This document shows, piece after piece, positions 11,346-22,414 of a DNA stretch of 64,000 bases. Under the pieces are notes generated by a model. That model had not been told where the DNA came from, ran no database searches, and worked only from the letters and a program-made list of their open reading frames with translations. The DNA lies in assembly GCF_006345805.1 (NCBI RefSeq), contig NC_043004.1:68386001-68450000 (forward strand). The letters are read 5' to 3'. The position numbers and the translations under genes are program-made. How positions within the stretch are numbered: position 1 is the first letter of the stretch; each line of letters begins with the position of its first letter. Origin of the DNA: Octopus sinensis. Taxonomy: Eukaryota.

Positions 11346-12629
11346 TCTATATAAATATTATATATATATATGAGTAGGTATATATAGCCATATATCTATG
11401 TATGTACACGCAAACACATACATACATGTATACATATATGTGTGTATGTATCTGTGTATGTATCATAAATACACATTAGCAGAGGTGAAAGTAAAACTGG
11501 ACGCAACCGAGAATAGAACAAGGACATTGGTGCGGTTCGTTAAGATTTCACCTTCAAATCTGTGTGGCTTGCCATTTCAAACATCTAAACGTTAACACTT
11601 TTGTCTACGGGTCACTGATAAACGACAATATGTAAACCTTTCCATGTATGTGCTTATATATATCTACATATATATATATATATATCTACATATTTATATA
11701 TATATATACATAAACATATGTGTATGTAAGTGTGAAAGACGTTGATGACTGATTAAAGACAATATTTTATTGCAATAACTTCTTATCAGCCGATCGAATT
11801 ATTTGGAAATATTTCAGTGTCACGTCATACATGGTGCCAAACACTTCGAATTTTAAAGATACGCGACCTGTTTCATGACCCCATGAAATGAAATGCTCAA
11901 TGATCTCGAATAGTGATAATGAGTTTCCGAATTGGAAAACATTACTCCTATATAATGTATGTTTTCTGTATGGTTTTGTTGATTTCATCTATTGATCTGC
12001 TCCTATAATATAGATCTATGATTGATAGATAGTTTCCTTATTGTATTTCTCTTTCATGAATGATCGGTTGATTTATATAAAATATATAACACAGTAAATG
12101 TAACGCTTTGTTAATGACCTCATTAATTACATTATTGAACGAAAGGCCGAATATATACATATATGTATATACATGCATAAAATGTTTGTATGTATGTATG
12201 TAAAGGGGGAGAGTGCAGGTGTGTGCGTCTGTCCGGCTGTGTGTCATATATAGAATTTATATAAAATTTAATGAAGGAAATGAAATATCATATTATTATG
12301 GCTAATATGAAGCATTTACATTTGACAAATATAGGAGTTTCTTAAATTATACACTAGTTTTCATGACATCTTTTGACATCTCAAAGTTATATATATCATA
12401 TTTCACGCTATACTATAATAAAATATGACTCACAAATATTGAACTTCTAGATACCGATATAATCAATTCTCTTTTCATTGCCCACCATTGCATCAGCCAA
12501 TTATCAAAGCATTTGATTACGCCATCATATGCCTCTTTGCTTCACATCTACTGGGCAGTTGGAGAGCATAGGTCTCCTCGTTCAAATTTCCTGCATCTGC
12601 ACAGGCTGTTCTCATGGGTGCTACTTTAC

Positions 12630-13066
12630 ATTGAAACTCCGACGTCTGGCAGTTGACTTGGCAGGCACCCATAAAATTATTAACCATCTTACAAACAATA
12701 ACTCTGAGCACCTTTTCAAATCCACCTGTCTAACACCCGTGGACATGTTTACAAAATCAGAAAACAGCACAGCTCCCATGACTTTCGGAAACATTTTTTC
12801 ACGCTAAGAGTTGCTGAAGCATGGAACAAACTGCCGGCATCAGTTGTTAGTTGTCGGAGCACTGCATCCTTCAAAACATCCATGCTTCCTGAGATTCGCC
12901 AACACTACACCTGATTTTCTCCCCTCCATACACACGCAAGCATGTATCTGACTCATACACTGTTCGTTTTCCAGACATTTGTACATCACTGCATATGCTT
13001 TATGCGCACTTTTTGACAAGTTGTAGTGCACCTGACCACTGTATACAATAATTTCATTATTATTAT
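12630..13066 (+). mobile_element. CR1-like LINE 3' end (same family as 6316-6698)
   Basis: LKLRRLAVDLAGTHKIINHLTNNNSEHLF..., CAGCACAGCTCCCATGACTTTCGGAAACATTTTTTCACGCT shared with the first copy, longer 3' UTR, (ATT)n tail. Confidence 0.9.
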
Positions 13067-13558
13067 TATATTCATAATCTCAAGAGAGTTCATATATTTC
13101 TCTGTTACATTTAGTGCCATCCATTGTCAGAGTATTAAGCTTCGAATGGGTAGAACAAATGACATAATCATTGGAATACGCAGCCAGTTATTCCTTAATT
13201 CAAGAGTATGGAATTGAGTTGAACACAGAACTGAATTTCCATCGAGGAAACTGATGACAGATCCATCCATCGATTAGGTAAATAAACTCTTCGATTAGAT
13301 CGATCTCTCCATGTATTCATAAATTCTTTTTTCTTTTACTTTATGCATTCATTGAATTGTGGCCTTGATGGAGCATCGCCTGCAGGTATTTAGACAAACA
13401 AGTCTATCCCAGTACTAATTTCCAAATTTTGGTGCTTACTCTCACGATCGCTTTTGTCGAATTGCTAATGTTACAGGGAGGTAAACAAACCAATACAGGT
13501 TGTCAAGCGGTTGGTGGGGACAAAGGTAAAACTACTAAAGCACACATACGAATATACA

Positions 13559-13600
<42 letters not shown>

Positions 13601-13604
13601 TAAA

Positions 13605-13898
13605 ACGGTAAGATAACAAAAGAAAGAAAGAGACCTCAATATTATGTAAATAGAAGAAATTTATCTATACAATAATGTGTTACATTACTCGATAGTCAAG
13701 ATAAAACTCTGAGTTTCAGATGCCGAAATGGGAATCCACGACATCTCTTCGGTTATCTGGCTATTTGAAAACGCTATGATTTTTTCATAGCGTTTTCAAA
13801 TAGCCAGATAACCGAAGAGATGTCGTGGATTCCCATTTCGGCATCTGAAACTCAGAGTTTTATCTTGACAATCGAGTAATGTAACATATTATTGTATA
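13605..13898. mobile_element. Penelope-like terminal-repeat fragment forming a 233-bp palindrome
   Basis: Arms 13666-13779 and 13785-13898 (114 bp, 2 mismatches, T5 loop). Each arm carries a hammerhead-like fold. Flanked by (TA)n. Confidence 0.8.
13806..13865 (+). ncRNA. Type I hammerhead-like motif, mutated core (mirror copy on the minus strand at 13699-13758)
   Basis: Stem I AGATAA/TTATCT, core CCGAAGA (U4 to C), stem II GATGTCG/CGGCATC, extra T, GAAA, stem III ACTC-A-GAGT, GUU triplet. Confidence 0.6.
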
Positions 13899-13960
13899 TA
13901 TATATATATATTATATATATATACATACAGATATATGGACTCATATATATGTGTGTGTGT

Positions 13961-13999
<39 letters not shown>

Positions 14000-15066
14000 A
14001 TGTTTGTGTGTCTGTGTGTGTGTCTGTGTCTGTATATATATATATATATATACATACGTGTGTGTGTGTGCGCAGCGCGTGTATACACACACACATATAT
14101 GTATTTATATACACGGTTTCGCCCTTCAAAATTTACTGAAAAAGGTGTTCGCCGGCGAGGGCCTATAGTAAAAGACAGTTGCGCAAGTGGCCATGCAGTG
14201 GCCATGCAGGGTAACTGAACTCGAGAAGAAGTGGTAACAAATATACTTTACTTGTAGTAAAATATATTCCTATGATTAAAGTGTAAGTAGCTTTCGCGAA
14301 AGAGTTTTATGAATAACTGGAAATCTGTGTAGTTAGCAGCCGAGCCGGAGTTTCTGGCTCGTTAATCTCCCACAGTTTCCGTTTAGAAGTCGGTGAAATC
14401 CGGTATCCGAGGAAACTGGTGAGTTTCCGTTCAAGCTTTCCTTTTCAACGAGGTTTCTTAGCTTATAGACATATAATACAAGGTGATTTATTTTATAACC
14501 GCCAAATATTAGTTACTTCGATCACAAATGTTGTGAAAGTAATCATGGTTTAAATACTATAAGCAATTGTCGCTTTCTCAAAAACTTCTTTATTGCTCAT
14601 TATATAACTTGATTGTTTTTATTTTACAAAAAGTCTTCAATATAGCATTTATTATATAAATAATTTAGTACCCAGAATATCGATACATATTTATTTATCT
14701 ATCCATCTATCCATCTATCCAAACACCCACTCACATACATACATACGTACATACATACATATATACATATATACATATATATACTCTTTTACTCTTTTAA
14801 TTGCTTCAGTTATTTGACAGTGGTCATACTGGAGCACGGCCTTTAGTCGGGGAAATCTACAGCAGGACTTATTCTTTGTAAGCCTAGTACTTATTTTATC
14901 GGCCTCTCTTGCCGAACCGCTAAGTTGCAGGTCGTAAACTCACCAGCATCGGTTGTCAAGCGATGTTAGGGGGACAAACACAGACACAGAAACATATAGC
15001 ACACACACACACACATACATATAAATATTTATGTATAAAGATATATATATATATATATATATATAT

Positions 15067-16868
15067 ACGCGAGAAAGAAGCAACAAGAATGGATAGGTTT
15101 TTAGTACGATCGTTTCATACAAGGACAGGTTTTATTAAAAGTTGCAAAGATTACAGCATATAAACGAGTCCCGTACTCATCAGCTAAAATACATGTAAGT
15201 TCTCTAGACATCCTAGTGTTTGAGGCTATACTCATGAAGTAATGTAGATAATTAAACAGATTTCTAAAGTTCATTAAAGTTCTTTAAAGATGATGTACAG
15301 TCTTATCACAGAATTTTAAAAAAGTTTTGATAGCATCACAGAGAAGGTGACCTAATCCATATGAATTTCCATAGATATGATGAGGGATTATATACTCACA
15401 GAAGACAAATTTATCCATTGTTAATTACAACGAGGTGGGTCTCAATTCCTGCTTATTAGCATTACAGAGAGGGTGAATTAATCCTTTGTATATATGCACA
15501 GATTCCAATGGTGTAGATGTAAATTTCCAGAGAAATGGAGATGAATTTCATATTCACAGGCGATAAATTTTACAATGGTTGAACACAATGAGGTAGGTAT
15601 CAATCCTTGTTATATGATTAGGTGTTTGCCACATTAATCACATTACTGCTATTCACAAGAGGCTGTAGCTATTTAACTCTTAAGGCTGAAGGGCTTACTA
15701 GATCGGCCAAGAATAGAGAGGGAATAGAGGAAAAGAGAGAAAATAATGGAGGAGGGAGCAAAAGGGGGGGGGAAAGGGGGACTAAAAGAGAAGAGAAAAG
15801 GAAACAGAGAATAAGAAGAAGAAAAAGAAAAAAGAGAAAAGAGAAAGAAATAGGAAAGAAGGGAAAAAAAGAAAAAGAAAAAAAGAGGGTTCTAGTTATA
15901 CAGAAGAGTTAGTAGACTGTAAGTCTGGTTTTAATCAACAGGCATCTAGGAACTAGAGGAGAATATTATTCTTTGACCAGTAAACCGTTAATTTATTGCT
16001 GTTGAAATCAGCTATGAGTTTAAAGAGAATCTAAAGAGATAACACAGTCAGGGGTTAAGGGGTCAGATGCTAAAATCACCAGAAAATACATTAGGAAAAT
16101 CTAAGTATAATCTTATCAAAAAGTCATTAAAAATTTACTTATTTAATTTATTCATTTTATTGTCTTAAGGAGTTGTCGTTATTATTCATACATTGACTGA
16201 CTACAGGTCAAATCTTATAAGATCATTTACAAGGTGTTAGGGGATTGTCTATCATAATGAAGATAATCATATTATCACCGAGGGAATAGCCTTATTTATT
16301 TAATTATGAAATAGAATTATGGGGCTACAGTAACTAATTATAATTTATTAGAGTTATGCTATTTAAATTAGATTAAGTTAGGAATTAAAATTAAATATTA
16401 CAATTAAGATTTAAAATTAAGAATTTAAAAATTGTGAGTTTGAAATTAAATAAAGCCTCAATTAGTAGCGAATAAGTACTATTCATTTCCCTGTTCTCAA
16501 AAAACTGATGCAGATATAAGGAAAAAGATAAAGATAACTGTAATGTGAGAACTCTTAGTTATCTACTTAAAGCAGTGCTATACTAGTAGAAATCAAGTTA
16601 TATCTATCTATCTAGTTATGAATATTCCAATCATTTAAAATATTTTAAAGTCTTCAATTTAGCGTGGATACAAACTTGACCTAGTTCGATATGGTTATTC
16701 AATAAGTTTCTATGTTTACTATGCTTTAGAATTTCGTACGTCTCCATGGAGCATAGTTGACAACCAACCCTACTATTTTTATACGGAATTGCTCTCCTAA
16801 CTATTTCCCAATTAAGGGTATAATTTTTATTATTATTTTTGAGTTCCCAGATTTTGTTTGAAAGTGTG
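15067..16868 (-). mobile_element. Penelope-like element, 5'-truncated: GIY-YIG C-terminal tail, ~1.6-kb 3' region, terminal hammerhead
   Basis: The minus strand at 16868-16655 translates TTLSNKIWELKK..KNYTLNWEIVRRAIPYKNSRVGCQLCSMETYEILKH...LLNNHIELGQVCIH, matching the PLE C-terminal pattern W.I..RA.PY...C.LC..E...I...LLN..EL...C.H. Both ends lie in (TA)n. Confidence 0.85.
15099..15189 (-). ncRNA. Type I hammerhead ribozyme, near-intact
   Basis: Minus strand: TTTTAG CTGATGA GTAC-GGGAC...GTCC-TT-GTAT GAAA CGATCG TA CTAAAA. Stem I is 6 bp, the core is perfect, stem III is the palindrome ACGATCGT, and GUA cleavage is predicted between 15105 and 15104. Confidence 0.85.
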
Positions 16869-16870
16869 GT

Positions 16871-16911
<41 letters not shown>

Positions 16912-17064
16912 GACGGGACTCTTTCAGTTTCCGTCTACCAACTCCACTGTGAAGGTTTTGGTCGGCCCGAGGCTATAGTAGAAGACACTTCACGCAGTGG
17001 GACTGAATCCGGAACCATTTGGTTCGTAAGCAAGCTACTTACCACACAGTCACTCATATATATC

Positions 17065-18339
17065 TAGGGCTGGCAAGAAAGAAATTTCGTTTTTCGCAAA
17101 TACATATATTTATGATTTTGCTAAATGACTTATGTTAATATCAGGCTTCTTTCCTTTTGACATTTGATAGCCGTCACTTTTAACTTAGTCTAGAAGCAAA
17201 TTGCGCGTAATTTTGTGTAAAGCTGTTCGTTCAGTGTCACTTTTAACATGGAGTGAAAAAAAGTGAATATTTTCGCCTTATTTTACTTTTTATTTCCGTA
17301 AAGGCAAGAAAACTGCTGAGGCTAATAAAGAGATATGTGTAGTTTATGGTGTCGATTGTTTAACAGAACACATATGTCAGAAAAGGTTTAAAATACTCCG
17401 TTCTGGAGATTTTTTCACTCAAAGTTGTCGAACGCTGTGGTCGACCTACAGGAGTTGAGGATGACCGAATCAAAGCGATAATTGAATCTGATTGTCATAT
17501 AACTGGGCGAGAAGTTGTAGAGAGTTAAATGTATCACGCAACAATTGAAAATCACTTAAAATGTCTTGGATTCGATAAGAAGCTCGATATTTCGGTTCCA
17601 CATACATTGAAAGAGATTCACTTAACACAACGAGTCATTATTTGCGATATGCATCTAAAACGCAATAGAATCGACCTGTTTTTGAAACGAATCATCACTG
17701 GAGTTCAAAATGGGTTGTCTAAGATAATATCAATCGAAAATAATATTCGAAGCGTAATGAACCAGCACAAACCACATAGAAAGCTGAATTACATCAAAAA
17801 CTTTCTTGCTGTCAATGTGGTGAGATTACAGAGGTGTTGTGTATTTTGAGCTGCTTCCAAGGAACCAAACGATCAATTCAAATGTTTAGAGTCAATAGCT
17901 AATGAAATTGGAGGAAGGAATCAAAGAGAATCGGCCAAAAGTGGCAAATCGTAAAGGAGTCGTGTTCTATCATGACAACGCTAGAAAAACATACGTCTTT
18001 GCCAACTAGTGGAAAAGTATTGGAGTCGTTGGGAAGTGATGTCACATCCACCAAATAGTTTTGGCATTGCACCATCAGACTGCCACTTCTTACGAAGTTT
18101 GTAAAATATTTTGGATAGTAAAACTTTCAATAATGATGACCTGAAATCGCACTTGCTTCAGTTTTTTTCTCATAAGGACCAGAAGTTCTTTGAACGCGAA
18201 ATCATAAAGTTGCGAGAAAATGGCAAAAGGTCATTAAACAAAATAGAAAATATATAAATGATTGAAGTTCATTCTTTTTATGAAAATATGACTTATATTT
18301 CACACTCAAAAACCGAAATTACTTTCTTGCCCCACCCCC
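17065..18339 (+). mobile_element. Full-length decayed mariner, mellifera (Ammar1/Famar1-like) subfamily
   Basis: TIRs TAGGGCTGGCAAGAAAGAAATTTCGTTTTT and AAAAACCGAAATTACTTTCTTGCCCACCCC, ~1.27 kb. Transposase remnants FRLILLFYFRKGK, TIENHLKCLG..KKLDISVPHTLKEIHLTQR, FLKRIITG, HDNAR and LAPSD-like, with several frameshifts. Confidence 0.92.
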
Positions 18340-18440
18340 CATATATGAAACAGTAAAGAAGCCCCACCGTCGGTCATGAATAACTACGGAATACATATAT
18401 ACATACATACACAGACACACACACACACAGACATACACAT

Positions 18441-18561
<121 letters not shown>

Positions 18562-18877
18562 ATATATACAAACATGTATACATAGAAAAATACCCTGTTG
18601 TTCATGTTGAAATTCCTATGAATAAGTCTTTCTCTACATCTTGAAATAAGATTGAATAATGACATACATACATCTAACAAACATTTAGGCAATCGAAGAT
18701 GTAGGTCAGATTGAGAAATAAGATATGCTTGCAAATATGGATTATTGTTTCATTAAAGAAGGTGGCATGCACTATTTAATTATATATATTGGAATTTCTT
18801 CTGCTATTGCTGTTGCTGTTCAGTTTCACATAATATATATATATGTATATACATATATATATATATATAATATATAT

Positions 18878-18899
<22 letters not shown>

Positions 18900-18922
<23 letters not shown>

Positions 18923-19210
18923 CTCAACTTGTGTGTCTGTGTGTGTCTGCGTGTTTAACTTCCCTGCACATCTCCTCCTAGCCAACAAATAGTAGAACCA
19001 CCCAAAATGGATCACTTAAAGTTTAGGCGAATGAAAATTGAACTGCACTATTTTTGTTCAAAATTAATCTCGCAAGTGCAAAAGTCGAGAATGTGTTTGT
19101 TTAGGCCTTATCCCATGCATTGAATAGTGAACTTTACTCAGTCAGCTGTTTGACGTGAACTGTGTTCACCACCGTGCAAGCATAAAAAATCAAGATATAA
19201 AAACGTATAT

Positions 19211-19253
<43 letters not shown>

Positions 19254-19266
19254 AGATATAAAAACG

Positions 19267-19300
<34 letters not shown>

Positions 19301-19727
19301 ATATCAATATAAAAAAAAAACGTATATATATATATATATATCAAGACATAAAAACGTATGTATATATATATATCAAGATACAAAAACGTATATATATATA
19401 TATATATATAATATATATATATATATATAGATAGAGAAGAGAGAAGAGGAGAGAGAGAGAGAGTATGATAGAAGAAGGCTAACTCTTCCTTCTGTAGAAC
19501 AAAAAATTCAAATCGGACCATGTTAACACCAAAAATTTTTTACATCAAACAGGTGCCTTTTTTCTATGAAAATCCCTATTTTTTACGATGTTTTGACTGT
19601 TGTGTCGCCATTTTTCGGTGTATTTCACTTAAAGGGAATAACAAGCTACATACTGCCAAATTTTTACTTTTCAAAAATTCGAATTCTGAAGGGTCTAAAC
19701 AAACCGCAACGCCGGGCGATACTTCTA

Positions 19728-19728
<1 letters not shown>
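18900..19728 (+). mobile_element. Non-autonomous Helitron, second family, with an internal compound minisatellite
   Basis: The 3' end GCAACGCCGGGCGATACTTCTAG|T is shared with the other Helitrons. The 5' end resembles TATATATAA..TTGTGTGTCTG, but its exact start is hidden in (TA)n. About five units of TCAAGATATAAAAACG(TA)n lie at 19190-19430. Confidence 0.65.
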
Positions 19729-19765
<37 letters not shown>

Positions 19766-19838
19766 CATACAACAATCAATCCCCATTTCCATGTATTCTC
19801 TCTCTCTCACTTTTTTCAGTATGTGTTCGTGTGTGTGT

Positions 19839-19893
<55 letters not shown>

Positions 19894-20125
19894 CGTTTGT
19901 GTGTACCACTCTTTCTCATTTTCTATTAGTCTTTCTATAATTATGTATGCAAACTCATACAGTGTGTTTCTGATATATTTGATGATAGTTCTGTGGGTTT
20001 TTTTCAGGAACTGGGGAAAAATCATGGAGATTAGAAAGCATAAAGATTAAGTTTACAGCGGAGTAAATGTTATCTGATAAGGAGGAGTGCATACCGTCTA
20101 AATATTCAAAAATGTTATCTGCATC

Positions 20126-20286
20126 ATGATTATTTACGCTGGATATCAAAGGCCCGACATCATGCCTGAAGCTCGATTCTCTGTAAACAGTGTAAAGGCT
20201 ATGAGAGTTAACATAGATGGCTACAACGAAACGTATGCAGCTGAAGCCAGCAGGATGAGACACTCGTATTATCTCACGCCTCCTAA
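20126..20286 (+). CDS. Candidate first coding exon of an unidentified gene (exon 20008-20286)
   Basis: Acceptor GGGTTTTTTTCAG|G at 20007/8 and consensus donor AA|GTAAGT at 20286/7. The sequence is not recognisable as a repeat. Open frame from ATG 20126: MIIYAGYQRPDIMPEARFSVNSVKAMRVNIDGYNETYAAEASRMRHSYYLTPP, phase 2. No homologue recognised. Confidence 0.4.
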
Positions 20287-20734
20287 GTAAGTTTTGCAAA
20301 AATACATATATAAATCAGAAACACGCAGATGCAGAAGCACGAGCGTCCAGATACCGATGCACACATATTCACAACAATATAAGTTTGGGGAAGTAAATAC
20401 ACAGGAACGCTTACAAAAAACAGGCCTACAAAAATCCTAGATTAAAACTATAAAAGGCTATGCTCCTGCGTTCCAGATATACTTCAATTCTAAAAATATT
20501 TGCACTCAGTCACGGCTTATATACACGTGTACAAATGCGTATATAAACATATAGATATACAAAAATATATGCATAGATATATAGTTAGATACAGACATAT
20601 GTTTGTGTGATATATATGTATATGAATATACAAATATATAGATATTTATGGATATAAGTATGAACACACACACTAATATATATATATATATATATGCATA
20701 ATAATTGTATATAACTATTCCAACTGTTTTAAAA

Positions 20735-21545
20735 TTTTTCAGCTGCAAAGATGCGGTCATGCTGGAGCACCACCATTGACTGAGCTACACCATTATTTGG
20801 AACTTCCTCTGATGTGACATTTGATGCTGCTGTCCTCATCCGTGTTTCCTGCCCTGAGGTAGGCTCGTCTGGAACCCGTAACAGGAAGAGATCTAGTTTT
20901 GTTTTAAAGGCACTTACATCCACACCATGCAGGTCTCTCAGCATTTTGGAAGGATATTAAAGGGCTGTGGGCCCTTGAAGCCCAAGGTGGTCCTGTATTT
21001 TGATGGCTATGCTGGGATATTTGGCACTAATCAGTGGCGCCCCTTTCTGCAGTTTGAATAACTTTCAAGGCCAAAGTTTGGTACAAGCCTTCTAGGATTT
21101 TCCAGATGTATATCACTGCATATCTCTCCCGCCTTCGTTCCAGGGAGAAGAGTTTTAATTCTTTAAGTCTTTCTCAGTAGCTGACATGTTGCATCGAGAC
21201 GATTTTCTTAGCGTAGCTTCGTTGGATTGCTTCGAGTTCCGCCGTGGATTTTCTATTGTGTGGGGACCATAGTTGGAAGCAACTCTTTAAGCGGCTGAGA
21301 ACGTATGTCCTTTTCTCTTGTTTTGAAAGTTCGGGGGATCCAGCCAGCCAGCCGTCTGCATTTTGTTACCGAATTGGTAATATGCACTTTAAATGATGCA
21401 TTATTGCTCATGTCAATTCCCAGGTCACGCACTGACTTTGATTCAGGGATTTCAATTCCTCCTGGTCCAGTGTATCCTGTCTGCATGTCATTTAGCTGTT
21501 GGAATATCTTGTCCTACATCTTGACATCAAATTTGGAGCTTTTGT
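20735..21545 (-). mobile_element. CR1/L2-like LINE 3' fragment, internally deleted
   Basis: LRDLHGVDVSAFKTKLDLFLLRVPDEP, KSVRDLGIDMSNNASFKVHI and CRRLAGWIPRTFKTR. The 3' tail is GGTGGTGCTCCAGCATGACCGC. Confidence 0.88.
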
Positions 21546-21574
21546 CACTATGTGGTGGCGCCCTGTCCTAGCAT

Positions 21575-22015
21575 TAGTGTAACTTTCGATGCCAAAGTTT
21601 AGGACAAGTCACACTAGGATCTTCTAGATGCATATTATGGCATATCTTTCTCGCCTACATTCTAAGAATAGAATCTTAATCTCTTGAGTCTTTCCCAGTA
21701 GCTTATATGTTGCATACAGGTTATCTTCTTCGTGTAGCTTCGTTGGATTGTCTCAAGTTCTGCAATTAATTTTTCACAGGTTGGTGACCATAGCTGGGAG
21801 CAATAGTTAAAGTCGCTCAGGACAAATGTCCTCCAGAAGACCAACATGATTTCCTGATCCCTAGTTCTAAAAATTCGAAGAATCCATTACTGGCCTGCAT
21901 TTCATTGCCAATTTAGTGACATACAAATAGAATGCATCATTAGTTATGTAACTGCCCCAGGTCTCGCACTGACTGTGTCTCTGGGATTGCAATTCCTTTA
22001 GATCCTATGTATTTA
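21575..22015 (-). mobile_element. CR1/L2-like LINE fragment, same family
   Basis: MLVFWRTFVLSDFNYCSQLWSP...IAELETIQRSYTKKI..MQHISYWERLKRLRFYS. Confidence 0.88.
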
Positions 22016-22164
22016 ATTGGTATTGCGTTTAGTTTTGCATGCTGATAGCACAGAGCTTGAAACTTTGCAGCATTATAGTTTTTGCTATTTTTCTCAGCCC
22101 ATATATTTCATCCAATTCGTGTTGCAGATGCAGTGTCTTCAGTGTTCATTATCACCTGTGATGC

Positions 22165-22204
<40 letters not shown>

Positions 22205-22208
<4 letters not shown>

Positions 22209-22385
22209 CAAATTATGCAACAAGAATATCTTCGGTAATTTGGTACGATCGTTTCACGCTACAAATTTTATTAAACATTGTAAGTATTACAACAGTTTTA
22301 TATGGATTTATATGGATAACACCGTACAAAATGCTGGTGCATCTGACTTAAGTACCATATTCATTTGTATCTAAATTTTGCTGAA
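22205..22385 (-). mobile_element. Penelope terminal-repeat fragment, relative of 15067-15190, hammerhead 5' core lost
   Basis: It retains GAAACGATCGTAC, TTTAATAAAA and GTACGG on the minus strand. CTGATGA is not recognisable. Flanked by (TA)n. Confidence 0.6.
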
Positions 22386-22414
22386 TATATATATATATTT
22401 AATATATGTGATTT

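Larger units (their letters stand above)
13340..14230 (-). mobile_element. SINE family B, old copy split in two (3' half ~13340-13555, 5' half ~14110-14230) by a Penelope-derived insert
   Basis: The left piece carries GGTTGTCAAGCG..GGGGACAAA (3' half). The right piece carries CTATAGTAAAAGACAGTTGCGCAAGTG (5' half). Both have the same orientation. Confidence 0.65.
14785..17052 (-). mobile_element. SINE family B split in two (3' half 14785-15000, 5' half 16910-17052) by a 1.8-kb Penelope insertion
   Basis: The two collinear halves have the same orientation. The junctions lie in the SINE's internal (CA)/(TA) tract. Confidence 0.8.

Noticed and set aside
11767-11988. 73-aa minus ORF in unique sequence
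   Set aside because: No homology recognised and weak splice context. Its length is within chance expectation.
15900-16100. GDF and DHKP-like words suggesting an AP endonuclease
   Set aside because: The spacing is too short and there are many stops. The region is better explained as the 3' non-coding part of the Penelope element.
19190-19430. Repeat-spacer pattern superficially like a CRISPR array
   Set aside because: The spacers are (TA)n and the context is eukaryotic with no cas genes.
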